A stretch of DNA of 64,000 nucleotides from Minisyncoccota bacterium (GCA_022842645.1 JALHPE010000002.1:65569-129568); one strand, 5' to 3'; counted from the stretch's first letter, positions 1 through 8,491 are shown. The notes: generated by a model from the sequence alone, not told the origin. Made by a program: numbers and translations.

Positions 1-1
1 C

Positions 2-436
2 GCAGGGTTTTTTGCAGTTCTTGGTTTTCTGGTGTATTCCATTGCACCGAAGATGCAGGCTTCTGTTCCCGCATCAATCATCACTAATTTTAGTGAGTGT
101 GCACAAGCAGGGAATCCGATTATGGAATCGTATCCGCGCCAGTGTCGTAGCCCAGATGGTCGCGTGTTTGTTGAAGATGCTCCACCTCCACTGCCCGACG
201 GTGGTATGGCGTCAAATGGATGTGCTATTGCGGGATGTTCCGGGCAACTCTGTGTTTCTGCTGGAGAAGCGGCAAGCATCATGACGACATGTGAATACCG
301 TGCAGAGTATGCGTGCTATAAGGGAGCATCGTGTGAACCACAAGCGGACGGAAGGTGCGGATGGACACAAACACCAATACTCACGCAATGTCTCGCATCT
401 CCGCCCAGTATGGAGGCGATGCCCGAAGTGATGTAG
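2..436 (+). CDS. Membrane-anchored Cys-rich protein with eight-cysteine-cluster-like domain (5' truncated by window edge)
   Basis: Frame open from base 2 (AGFFAVLGFLVYS, hydrophobic); motifs FSECAQAGNPIMESYPRQC and GCAIAGCSGQLC...TTCEYRAEYACY...C...CGW. Confidence 0.7.
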   Translation, partial: AGFFAVLGFLVYSIAPKMQASVPASIITNFSECAQAGNPIMESYPRQCRSPDGRVFVEDAPPPLPDGGMASNGCAIAGCSGQLCVSAGEAASIMTTCEYRAEYACYKGASCEPQADGRCGWTQTPILTQCLASPPSMEAMPEVM

Positions 437-442
437 TTTTCC

Positions 443-1159
443 ATGGCACATACGTTTAACACCACACTACGTGCGGCATTCGAGAAGCCAGACACACGAA
501 TTTTTAGTCTTACGAACGACGCGCTTGCGTTTTTGACGCTCCTTTCTGTTTTTGCACTTGTCCTCGAGACGTCGGCCGCTTTTTCTGAGTACCACACCTA
601 TTTCAAGCTAATCGAATATATTTCAGTAGGCATTTTTTCACTTGAATATATCGCTCGTGTTGTAACTGCGAAATCAAAATCAGGGTATATATTTAGTTTT
701 TTCGGCATTATCGACCTACTTGCAATTCTGCCCACACTGCTCGCGCTCACAAACCTCACGTTTCTCAAAAGTGCGCGCTCGCTACGCATCCTAAGGTTTC
801 TCCGCATGCTTCGGCTCGCCAAGCTTGCGCGCGTGCACTCAAAGAAGGGGGCGCACGATCTCTATACAATCAATGTGCAGATATACGTCGTTGCATTTCT
901 TTCTGCACTCCTCTTTTTGGGCACACTTCTTTTTATAGTTGAAGGGCAGCATGCGCATGCAAAAGACATTCCCACCAGTATGTTTTGGGCCTTCAAGGTA
1001 ATTCTCGGCGGAATCCCTTTTGAACAACCTCATTCGAGCGTAGGTCTTGCGATTCTTATTGCGACTAAGTTTGTAAGTCTTATTCTCTTTGGACTTCTCC
1101 TCAATCTGGTAAACACCCTTATGCGAAAGGTGCTCACCGGTTCTGAAACAGATGCGTAA
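443..1159 (+). CDS. Ion_trans family voltage-sensor 6TM channel-like protein with atypical pore loop
   Basis: S1-S3 (IIDLLAILP), S4 with R/K every third residue (RSLRILRFLRMLRLAKLAR), S5-P-S6; no TVGYG filter. Confidence 0.85.
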   Translation: MAHTFNTTLRAAFEKPDTRIFSLTNDALAFLTLLSVFALVLETSAAFSEYHTYFKLIEYISVGIFSLEYIARVVTAKSKSGYIFSFFGIIDLLAILPTLLALTNLTFLKSARSLRILRFLRMLRLAKLARVHSKKGAHDLYTINVQIYVVAFLSALLFLGTLLFIVEGQHAHAKDIPTSMFWAFKVILGGIPFEQPHSSVGLAILIATKFVSLILFGLLLNLVNTLMRKVLTGSETDA

Positions 1160-1188
1160 GCCCGGTTTTTTGTTACGATACTTCCCAC

Positions 1189-1261
1189 GGGCCGTTAGCT
1201 CACTTGGTAGAGCGCATCCATGGCATGGATGAGGCAACCGGTTCGATCCCGGTACGGTCCA
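1189..1261 (+). tRNA. tRNA-Ala (GGC), CCA not encoded
   Basis: Cloverleaf: acceptor GGGCCGT/ACGGTCC with G3:U70, D-arm GCTC/GAGC, anticodon stem CATCC/GGATG with loop ATGGCAT, T-arm ACCGG-TTCGATC-CCGGT. Confidence 0.97.
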
Positions 1262-1270
1262 CAAAAAGTT

Positions 1271-1297
1271 CGACCGGCGCACGTATGCACCGGTCGT
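1271..1297. terminator. Hairpin between convergent tRNA and orphan ORF, likely terminator
   Basis: CGACCGG-cgcacgtatgca-CCGGTCG, preceded by an A-run (U-tail on minus strand). Confidence 0.6.
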
Positions 1298-1301
1298 TGA
1301 G

Positions 1302-1487
1302 TTAAGGCTCGTCTCGCCCTTCTTTATCATTCTCGGGCTCTTTTTTGAAGTCGGGGAATTCACATGTGCCGCCCTCGTCTTCGGCGAGCCACGTTATTAT
1401 TTGCTTCACTTCCTCGTCGCGGCAATGGTCAGGAATTGTAGCGAACAACTTGCGTATCTCTTGAACAATCTTTTCCGCCGTCGACAT
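1302..1487 (-). CDS. Small acidic orphan protein (61 aa), SD-led
   Basis: GGAGG 5 nt before ATG; upstream TTGCCT-N17-TATAGT promoter-like sequence; terminator downstream. Confidence 0.55.
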   Translation of the reverse strand: MSTAEKIVQEIRKLFATIPDHCRDEEVKQIITWLAEDEGGTCEFPDFKKEPENDKEGRDEP

Positions 1488-1569
1488 TTCTTCCTCCGTT
1501 GGTTGCGAAGAATAGAACTATACCACAACTATATTATAAAGGCAATAAACACAAGTCTATACACCTTCG

Positions 1570-1597
1570 TTGCTTTTCTTGAGATTCATCCTATACT
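1570..1597 (+). promoter_or_regulatory. Sigma70-type promoter of RRM protein gene
   Basis: TTGCTT-N16-TATACT. Confidence 0.55.
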
Positions 1598-1699
1598 GTC
1601 GGGGAATGTACGTTTTTCCATCCGGTGCAGGGCAGTAGCCGACGCAGGGGTTGTGGAGAAGGTCGGGTTACATTTTGTATAAAACATAAGCGACGATAC

Positions 1700-2032
1700 A
1701 TGGCAAAGAAACTCTATGTCGGCGGTTTGCCGTACTCAACTACGGACAACGAGCTGAAGGATGCTTTTGCGCAGGCTGGTGCTGTTTCGTCGGCCATCAT
1801 CATCATGGACAAGATGACTGGTCGATCGAAAGGCTTCGGCTTTGTTGAGTTCGCGAATGATGAGGACGCTCAGAAGGCAATTGACCTGTGGAATGGCAAG
1901 GACTTCGGTGGACGTTCTCTCACCGTGAACGAGGCACGCCCTATGGAAGAACGTCCCCGCCGCGATTTCCGCGGAGGTGGAGGTGGCGACTGGGGTGGTG
2001 GTGGCGGAGGCAACCGACGCAACAACTGGTAA
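1700..2032 (+). CDS. RRM-domain RNA-binding protein with Gly/Arg-rich tail
   Basis: RNP2 LYVGGL, RNP1 KGFGFVEF, LTVNEARP, GGGGG tail. Confidence 0.95.
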   Translation: MAKKLYVGGLPYSTTDNELKDAFAQAGAVSSAIIIMDKMTGRSKGFGFVEFANDEDAQKAIDLWNGKDFGGRSLTVNEARPMEERPRRDFRGGGGGDWGGGGGGNRRNNW

Positions 2033-2050
2033 CTCCAGTTCTTGCATCCC

Positions 2051-2081
2051 GCACAAACCCGCCCTTGTGGCGGGTTTGTGC
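2051..2081 (+). terminator. Stem-loop terminator
   Basis: 13-bp perfect stem GCACAAACCCGCC/GGCGGGTTTGTGC. Confidence 0.7.
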
Positions 2082-2131
2082 TATCAACATCCACCATGCA
2101 TGAGTGCGCGCATCTCGCGTATACTACGTGC

Positions 2132-2485
2132 ATGCATCTCGCTCGTGCCCTTGGCTGGGGAATAGTGATTTATGCCATCATGTATCTCGCATGGTCGGGA
2201 CTTGTCATTTATGGGTTCTCTCTGGGCATGCTCTCTCTCATTGCCCGTCTCTCAGTGCTCGCATGCATCAGTATTATTGCTGCGCGCGCCATGCACCTCT
2301 CCAACACAAAAGACATTGTCGGAAACGCGCTTGTCTGGGCAGCTGTGGCAATCGGATTGGACATGGTATTTCTCGTGCCGTTTTCTGGGTGGGGACTCTA
2401 TGCGTCTTGGAGCGTATGGGCCGGATACGCACTTATTGTCGTCTTTCCACTTGCATACACTATGTTGTGGAATAGAAGGGGTTAA
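2132..2485 (+). CDS. 4-TM hypothetical membrane protein
   Basis: Four hydrophobic segments; TATACT 6 nt before ATG 2132. Confidence 0.7.
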   Translation: MHLARALGWGIVIYAIMYLAWSGLVIYGFSLGMLSLIARLSVLACISIIAARAMHLSNTKDIVGNALVWAAVAIGLDMVFLVPFSGWGLYASWSVWAGYALIVVFPLAYTMLWNRRG

Positions 2486-2493
2486 TTCTTTGT

Positions 2494-3663
2494 ATGCAAA
2501 CTTTCGCGGCTCTCTCTGGGGCGCGCGCGCTTCGCACTCATCGCATATTGATGCGCATCGCGCTCGGCACATCCATTTTTGGATGGGTGCTTATGTTTCA
2601 GATTTTTCTTTCGCGTTTTGGGTTTGAACATGCACTTTTTTCGATACTGATTCTCTATACATTCTCTCAAGTGTTGGCATTTTTCTTGACACCACTCTCG
2701 GCACCGGCGCTACGGTTTGGTGTGCGTCGTGCACTTGCGTTCGGCACACTCGCGGCCTCATTTATGATGGTTGCACTTGCGCTCATGTTTGCCCCTGAGA
2801 ATGCCGTATCATTCTTTACTCTTTTGTCTGCATTCGTAGTTTTTTCCGCACTGCATCGCGCTCTGTATTGGGTGCCATACGAGAGTCTTGCGTCCGAAAT
2901 CCCACGTACATCACTTCCGGAAATAATGCTCATGTGTGTCCCGCTTATTGCGGGGGTTCTGTTTGCAGTGCCCGGTCTTGGTGTATTTGTATATAGTGGC
3001 GCATCTATTGCCGCACTACTCGCTCTTATACCACTCACACAAGTGCCTGAGCGTGTTGAGGCGTTTGAGTGGAGTATCGGCGAAACACTTCGTGCACTCT
3101 TTGCGCGTCGGAACCACATGCTACTCATGCGTGGCGTACTCGACGGTGTGCAGGGGGTGGGGTTGTTGCTTCTGTGGCCAATCACTATTTTCACTATTAT
3201 TCGTGGAGATTGGTTTTTGTTTGGTCTCATACTCTCGCTCTCACTCCTCATTACATTTTTTCTTCGCTCTCGTGTGCAGAGTATATTGAAGCGCATGCGA
3301 GCTGATCGCTCCGATACATTGCTTGCGTGTATTGCGCTCAGCGCGTGGGGTGCGCGACTTGTCTCCCCGGCTCCGCTTGCAATTATTTCTGTGGATGTGT
3401 TTGCGGGGACCACTATCTCACCAAAGCGTTTCAGCATTGATTCGTATAGTGGAGAACAGTATGCAGATGGAGGCCATTTTATTGATGAGTATACGGCTCT
3501 AAAAGAAATGGCACTGCACCTCGGCCGTATACTCGCATGCCTTATCTGTATTGCACTTGTTCCATTTTCAGCTCCCGTTGCGATTGCGGCCGGATTCTTA
3601 TGTGCCGGTTGCGCATCTGCGGCTTCGGTAATACTTGCACGTCGCGCAGCGCGCGCGCTTTAA
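2494..3663 (+). CDS. MFS-like multi-pass membrane protein
   Basis: About 12 hydrophobic helices in two halves; LRFGVRR loop resembling MFS motif A. Confidence 0.7.
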   Translation: MQTFAALSGARALRTHRILMRIALGTSIFGWVLMFQIFLSRFGFEHALFSILILYTFSQVLAFFLTPLSAPALRFGVRRALAFGTLAASFMMVALALMFAPENAVSFFTLLSAFVVFSALHRALYWVPYESLASEIPRTSLPEIMLMCVPLIAGVLFAVPGLGVFVYSGASIAALLALIPLTQVPERVEAFEWSIGETLRALFARRNHMLLMRGVLDGVQGVGLLLLWPITIFTIIRGDWFLFGLILSLSLLITFFLRSRVQSILKRMRADRSDTLLACIALSAWGARLVSPAPLAIISVDVFAGTTISPKRFSIDSYSGEQYADGGHFIDEYTALKEMALHLGRILACLICIALVPFSAPVAIAAGFLCAGCASAASVILARRAARAL

Positions 3664-3679
3664 CGAGAGGGAATAGTAA

Positions 3680-3705
3680 AAGGGCGCTCGTCTTCGCGAG
3701 CGCCC
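3680..3705. terminator. Hairpin between convergent genes
   Basis: AGGGCGCTCG-tcttcg-CGAGCGCCCT. Confidence 0.65.
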
Positions 3706-3714
3706 TCTCGTATG

Positions 3715-3879
3715 TCACTGCTCTTGGCGCAGCGATTCGCCGTCGGGTTCACTTTCTACCACCGACGTTTCTCCTTCGTTGGAGCGCACTTGCCCCAACA
3801 AAGAATCTTCTGGAACGGACACGCGTCTCGCTTGTGCATTAAGCACACGAAGGCGTGCAAGAACAAGTTCAGGTGTCAT
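3715..3879 (-). CDS. Small orphan protein (54 aa), SD-led
   Basis: GGAGA 6 nt before ATG (MTPELVLARL...); TTGTCA-N16-TAGTAT upstream; hairpin downstream. Confidence 0.45.
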   Translation of the reverse strand: MTPELVLARLRVLNAQARRVSVPEDSLLGQVRSNEGETSVVESEPDGESLRQEQ

Positions 3880-3968
3880 CACTGATCTCCGTTTCCCAAA
3901 GACCTGCATATACTAACCCCATTTCTCAATATGACAAGAGAGAAATCAGAGTTTTCCCCAGAAAACGA

Positions 3969-3994
3969 AGGGGCGCGGAATATATACCGCGCCC
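3969..3994 (-). terminator. Rho-independent terminator of ORF 4002-4310
   Basis: Minus strand GGGGCGCGG-tatatatt-CCGCGCCCC-ttcgtttt. Confidence 0.65.
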
Positions 3995-4001
3995 CACCCA
4001 T

Positions 4002-4310
4002 TCACTGGAACCGGAATGATAATTGAAACGGCATCGACCACTTCCGGTTTTTTTCTGTGGACTCGCGCCGATATTGAGCAATCGCAGACGCTCCGGCATT
4101 TCGCGCCGAAAGCCACACTCCACGCGAAATATGCATCGGCTCCCAGAGCACGCATTTGTTCTGCATGCAGGAAGTCTGCTCAAGATTTTCCGGGGTTGGC
4201 GAAAGACCTGCTCGACAATGGAAGGCGATGGTAATGCCGGAAACTGGCAAAGAGACCTCCACCTCCGAGCCGGTTACGTGCAGTATCTGCGGCGAAAACT
4301 TAAAAGTCAT
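4002..4310 (-). CDS. Orphan protein (102 aa), SD-led
   Basis: AGGAGG 6 nt before ATG (MTFKFSPQ...); near-consensus promoter upstream; terminator downstream. Confidence 0.6.
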   Translation of the reverse strand: MTFKFSPQILHVTGSEVEVSLPVSGITIAFHCRAGLSPTPENLEQTSCMQNKCVLWEPMHISRGVWLSARNAGASAIAQYRRESTEKNRKWSMPFQLSFRFQ

Positions 4311-4361
4311 GTGTTGCCTCCTAAGAGCAAAACGCTCGCACATGACGCACTACTGACATGC

Positions 4362-4389
4362 ATTATAACATTTTAATTTTTGAAGTCAA
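4362..4389 (-). promoter_or_regulatory. Near-consensus sigma70 promoter
   Basis: TTGACT-N16-TATAAT with extended TG. Confidence 0.65.
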
Positions 4390-4390
4390 A

Positions 4391-4840
4391 TTACAGAAAA
4401 AGTGACTCCACCACCTCTTTTACAAGGCCTCCATCAGCATTTCCGCCGAGTTCTTTCATAACGATACCCATGAGCTTTCCTTTACTAGCAGCGTCTGCGC
4501 CCGTCTCGGTTTTCTTTGCTTCAGCAACTTTCAGAATCTCTTCGCGAGTTGCCATTTGTGGCAAATACGCCTCAAGAATTGCGAGTTCTTGTGCCTCTTT
4601 TTCCGCGAGTTCCGTGCGTCCACCTTTGGTAAATTGTTCAATCGAATCTTTTCGTTGTTTTGCAAGGCGTTTGAGCACCGCCTGTATTTCGCTCTCAGAA
4701 AGTTCGTCTGTTGGTTTTTTTCCCTTTGCGACGAGTTCGTTCGTAAAGGCAGCAAGTGCGCCACGAAGCGTTTGAAGGCGCACACCGTCTTTCGCCCTCA
4801 TCGCCTCTTTCATATCGTTTTTTATTGTAGTTAACAACAT
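4391..4840 (-). CDS. yqeY: GatB/YqeY domain protein
   Basis: DMKEAMRAKD...KQRKDSIEQF..GGR.ELAEKE..EL.ILEAYLP...MGIVMKEL.G.ADG. Confidence 0.93.
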   Translation of the reverse strand: MLLTTIKNDMKEAMRAKDGVRLQTLRGALAAFTNELVAKGKKPTDELSESEIQAVLKRLAKQRKDSIEQFTKGGRTELAEKEAQELAILEAYLPQMATREEILKVAEAKKTETGADAASKGKLMGIVMKELGGNADGGLVKEVVESLFL

Positions 4841-4867
4841 ATGGTGAAGTGTAGCGTACATATCTAT

Positions 4868-4975
4868 AAAAAAAAGAGGCCGTGCACAATCAGGGAGGAT
4901 GTGCGCACGGCCTCGCGGATCGGTAGGATGGCTCCGTATCCGCAACAACCAGCACGGGGGGTGCCGGAACGTGTA
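4868..4975 (-). ncRNA. Candidate small RNA (~107 nt), three hairpins with C-rich loops ending in intrinsic terminator
   Basis: TTGACA-N17-TAAAGT promoter (5009-4981); hairpins contain G-U pairs only on the minus strand; final stem followed by U8. Confidence 0.6.
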
Positions 4976-5037
4976 TACGAACTTTAGTGTATACGCCTCA
5001 TGATGTCAATCAGGATTTCCCGCGCTACAATACAAGA

Positions 5038-6081
5038 ATGGAATGGATAGTTATTGCACTTCTCTCGCTTATACTTGTGCTCCTAGGCTTTCTTTTTTTT
5101 CGCTCACAGGCCAACAAAGGAGATACACAAGGGTTACTTCTTCTACAAAAACAGATGGAAAATCTTGAGCGTTCACTTGATACTCGGATGCACACATCAG
5201 CTAAAGAAATGCACGAAACTGTGCGTGTTCAGCTGGGAGAGTCCTCAAAGCTCATCAAAGAAATAACGCAGGAAATAACATCGGTAAAGGAGATTGGGCG
5301 ACAAACACAAACGTTTGCTGAGCAACTACAGTCTCTGCAAGATATTCTCAAGAATCCGAAACAGCGCGGAATTCTCGGGGAGTACTACTTGGAAACCGTG
5401 CTTAAAAATGTGCTTCCGCCGGGGATGTATAAAATCCAGCACCCGTTTAAAAACGGAGAAATTGTCGACGCGGCGGTGTTTGTGAACGAACGCGTGGTGC
5501 CTATAGATTCAAAATTCTCGCTCGAAAACTACAACCGTTTTGTGAGTGCTCCACAGGGATCTTCCGAGCGCACCGCGCTTGAAAAAACGTTTGTAAACGA
5601 CCTCAAGCTTCGTATCCAGGAAACAGCGAAATATATTCGTCCTGAAGAGGGAACCATGGATTTTGCGTTTATGTTCATTCCGAGCGAGGGTATCTACTAC
5701 GACCTCCTTACAAACCAGGTGGGGGCAGGCGAGGATGAAAACCTCATTCAGCGGGCGGCATCCAAGTACAAAGTGATTATTGTTTCTCCAACATCATTCC
5801 TTGCGTATCTCCAGACAGTTATGCAAGGCTTGAAAGCACTTGAAATAGAGAAGCGTGCCGAGGAGATTCAAAAGCGAGTGGGGGAATTGGTAAAGCACAT
5901 CACCAAAACTCACGAATACTACGGCAAAATTGGAGCCTCGCTCAGTACGACCATCTCCCACTACAATAATGGTTATAAAGAGCTCGCTAAGGTGGATAAG
6001 GACGTGTATCGCATCGCCGGCTCAAAAGCCGGAGTAGAGCCACTCACGCTCGAAAAACCCGCCCTTGCCGAAGAAGAGTAA
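5038..6081 (+). CDS. rmuC: DNA recombination protein RmuC
   Basis: N-terminal TM, KQRGILGE, PIDSKF, TMDFAFMFIPSE, VSPTSFLAYL. Confidence 0.93.
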   Translation: MEWIVIALLSLILVLLGFLFFRSQANKGDTQGLLLLQKQMENLERSLDTRMHTSAKEMHETVRVQLGESSKLIKEITQEITSVKEIGRQTQTFAEQLQSLQDILKNPKQRGILGEYYLETVLKNVLPPGMYKIQHPFKNGEIVDAAVFVNERVVPIDSKFSLENYNRFVSAPQGSSERTALEKTFVNDLKLRIQETAKYIRPEEGTMDFAFMFIPSEGIYYDLLTNQVGAGEDENLIQRAASKYKVIIVSPTSFLAYLQTVMQGLKALEIEKRAEEIQKRVGELVKHITKTHEYYGKIGASLSTTISHYNNGYKELAKVDKDVYRIAGSKAGVEPLTLEKPALAEEE

Positions 6082-6104
6082 TCCGTGTATAGTCTGCCCC
6101 ACGT

Positions 6105-6416
6105 ATGAGCCATATCGCAATTATCGCAACCGGCGGCAAGCAATACCTCGTTAAAGAGGGGGATGTTGTCACTATCGAAAAACTCCCTGCGGGAAAGGGC
6201 GAAAAAGTCGTTTTCGATACTGTGCTTCTCACTGACGACGGAAAGAGCACAAAAGTCGGCTCTCCACACGTATCAGGCGCGAAGGTTTCAGGTGAAGTTA
6301 TTGGCGAAGGCTTGGGTGACAAGAAAGTGGTCATGAAGTACCGCCAGAAGTCCCGCTACTACAAAAAGAAGGGACATCGTCAGCCGTTCACGAAAGTGAA
6401 AATCACCGCACTCTAG
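6105..6416 (+). CDS. rplU: 50S ribosomal protein L21
   Basis: AIIATGGKQYLV...GHRQPFTKVKI. Confidence 0.97.
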   Translation: MSHIAIIATGGKQYLVKEGDVVTIEKLPAGKGEKVVFDTVLLTDDGKSTKVGSPHVSGAKVSGEVIGEGLGDKKVVMKYRQKSRYYKKKGHRQPFTKVKITAL

Positions 6417-6420
6417 AGTC

Positions 6421-7023
6421 TCAATGACGCCCTTCGAGGGCGTTTTTGATTGTTTCGGGATCAGCGTACTCAAGCTCGCTGCCCGTCGAGAGTCCGCGTC
6501 CGAGCATGGAGACTTTCATTGACGGGTTTCCGAAACCGGTCAATTCTTCGCGCACACGAATGGCGGTTGAGTCACCCTCGGGATTCGCCGGGAAGGCGAG
6601 AATTATTTCTTTGAGTCCGTTCTCAATGCGTGCAGGAAGGGAAGAGAGTAACTCTTTAATATGCAGTCCGTTCGTACGCTCCGACGAGAGAAGTAAAAGC
6701 CCGCCAAGCACGAAATAGTGTCCCTGATAGGTATGAGACCGCTCTAGGGCGAGAAGGTCAGTATCAGATGCCACAACCGCAAGAAGTGATGTGTCCCGAT
6801 GGATATCTGCGCATATGCCACACGCTCCTTTTTTACCGGTGTGATAGCGCAAACAGGATGGACACTGGTGCACATCGCTCCCGAGCTCCCGAACGCCCTC
6901 TGCAAGTTCGCGTCGAAGTGCGGGTGACGAGCGCAAGAGAAACTGGACAAAACGCCCGGCTTGCCGCGGACCGATGCCCGGGAATTTTTGGAATACATTG
7001 GTTAGTCTTTCAAGGGGATCCAT
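6421..7023 (-). CDS. recR: Recombination mediator RecR
   Basis: HhH PGIGPR, C4 zinc finger CPSC...CGIC, Toprim, GSELEYAD. Confidence 0.95.
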   Translation of the reverse strand: MDPLERLTNVFQKFPGIGPRQAGRFVQFLLRSSPALRRELAEGVRELGSDVHQCPSCLRYHTGKKGACGICADIHRDTSLLAVVASDTDLLALERSHTYQGHYFVLGGLLLLSSERTNGLHIKELLSSLPARIENGLKEIILAFPANPEGDSTAIRVREELTGFGNPSMKVSMLGRGLSTGSELEYADPETIKNALEGRH

Positions 7024-7030
7024 CGGGGAA

Positions 7031-7097
7031 GTATATCGTATCTCGTATTCAGTATCTTGTATGAAATACCAGATACGACATACCAAACACTAGATAC
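7031..7097. repeat. Inverted 7-nt periodic repeat (GTATnnn)x5 / (nnnATAC)x5
   Basis: gtatatc gtatctc gtattca gtatctt gtat-gaa-atac cagatac gacatac caaacac tagatac. Confidence 0.8.
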
Positions 7098-7102
7098 TTT
7101 CA

Positions 7103-8491
7103 CTAGAACGGCGCTTCTTCTGATTCCACAGCCGCTTCTGGTGTAAAATCGCCAAAGTCCGCTTTTTCCACGCTCTTGAACGTTGTTGTCTGGTCATCAA
7201 AAAGGAGGTCCACCTTTCCTACGGGGCCGTTACGATGTTTTTCGATGAGGATTTCTGCAACATTCGTTCGCTCTCCTTCGGTGCGGTTTCCGGACATATC
7301 TTCACGGTGAATAAACATGACCACATCGGCGTCTTGTTCGATTGAGCCGGAATCGCGAAGATCAGAAAGGCGAGGACGCCCCCCGCGTTGTTCAACTGCG
7401 CGAGAAAGTTGCGAGAGTGCAAGTACCGGGACATCGAGTTCGCGCGCCATGCCTTTTAACGCGCGAGAAATTTCTGTCACCTGCTGCACGGTCGATACAT
7501 TCGCTCCCTGAACTGAAGGAATAATAAGTTGAAGATAATCAATCACGATGAGTCCCAATCCTTTCTCCATTTTCATGCGACGTGCGATTGAGCGCATCGA
7601 GAGCACGGTATTGGAGGATTTATCATCAATAAAAATCGGTGCTTCACTTAGTTCCGCCATACCATCCTGCAAGCGCTCGAATTCGTCATCTTTAGATATC
7701 TTTCCTGTGCGGAGGCGCCATGAATTGACACCGGCTTGGGCAGCAAGCATACGATCAACAAGTTGCTGAGAACTCATTTCAAGTGAGAAAAAACCGACAG
7801 GAGTTTTGTGCTTTGTTGCACTCTGTCGCGCAATGTCGAGCGCCAAAGTCGTTTTTCCAATCGACGGGCGTGCAGCGAGAATGATGAGATCCGATTTTTG
7901 GAAACCTGAGAGCATGGTATCGAGTGCAGGGAAGCCTGTCGGTACGCCGCGCATTGTGCCGGTGTGTTTCTGCAGATTTTCAAGACGTTCCCACGCCTCA
8001 GATAGTTCCTCCTTGATCGCGGTAAATTTCTGAAGCATCGGCGTATTCGTGACAGCAAAAATAGCCTGCTGGGCCTCGTCCAGCACCTGTTCAACTTCGC
8101 GGTCCTCCTGGAATCCGAGCTCACCGATTTTTGCTGAAGCATCCAGGAGCGAACGTAGTACAAATTTGGATTGGACAACTTCGGCGTAGTGGCGAGCAGA
8201 GCCGGGCGAAGCGGCAGTTCCTGCAAGTTCGGAGAGATACGCACGACCACCGATTTCTTGCAGTTGTTTTCGTTCATCAAGTTTGCTGGCAACCGTCACC
8301 ACGTCAATAGGGTCTCCTCGACCATAGAGGCTCACCATCGCGTCATAAATAGTTCGGTGTTTTCCCGCATAAAACGAATCAATATGAACAATGTCTGCAA
8401 CTTCATAAATGGCACTTTGGTTGATGAGGAGGGAACCAAGAAGCGCTCGCTCTGTCTCGATGTCTTGCGGTGGAACACGAAGTTGGGTCAT
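7103..8491 (-). CDS. dnaB: Replicative DNA helicase
   Basis: PPQDIETERALLG, Walker A AARPSIGKT, IDYLQL, LSQLSR, DLRDSGSIEQDAD; no intein. Confidence 0.98.
   Translation of the reverse strand: MTQLRVPPQDIETERALLGSLLINQSAIYEVADIVHIDSFYAGKHRTIYDAMVSLYGRGDPIDVVTVASKLDERKQLQEIGGRAYLSELAGTAASPGSARHYAEVVQSKFVLRSLLDASAKIGELGFQEDREVEQVLDEAQQAIFAVTNTPMLQKFTAIKEELSEAWERLENLQKHTGTMRGVPTGFPALDTMLSGFQKSDLIILAARPSIGKTTLALDIARQSATKHKTPVGFFSLEMSSQQLVDRMLAAQAGVNSWRLRTGKISKDDEFERLQDGMAELSEAPIFIDDKSSNTVLSMRSIARRMKMEKGLGLIVIDYLQLIIPSVQGANVSTVQQVTEISRALKGMARELDVPVLALSQLSRAVEQRGGRPRLSDLRDSGSIEQDADVVMFIHREDMSGNRTEGERTNVAEILIEKHRNGPVGKVDLLFDDQTTTFKSVEKADFGDFTPEAAVESEEAPF

Noticed and set aside
2667-3437. 256-aa antisense ORF
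   Set aside because: Shadow of the MFS-like gene; no motifs or start signals
4876-4967. Plus-strand CsrB-like RNA (GGA motifs in loops)
   Set aside because: Promoter, U-tail and G-U pairs all favour the minus strand
6105-6416. rplU separated from rpmA by 50 kb
   Set aside because: Real, but simple operon break-up is unsurprising in a genome where most genes have their own promoter
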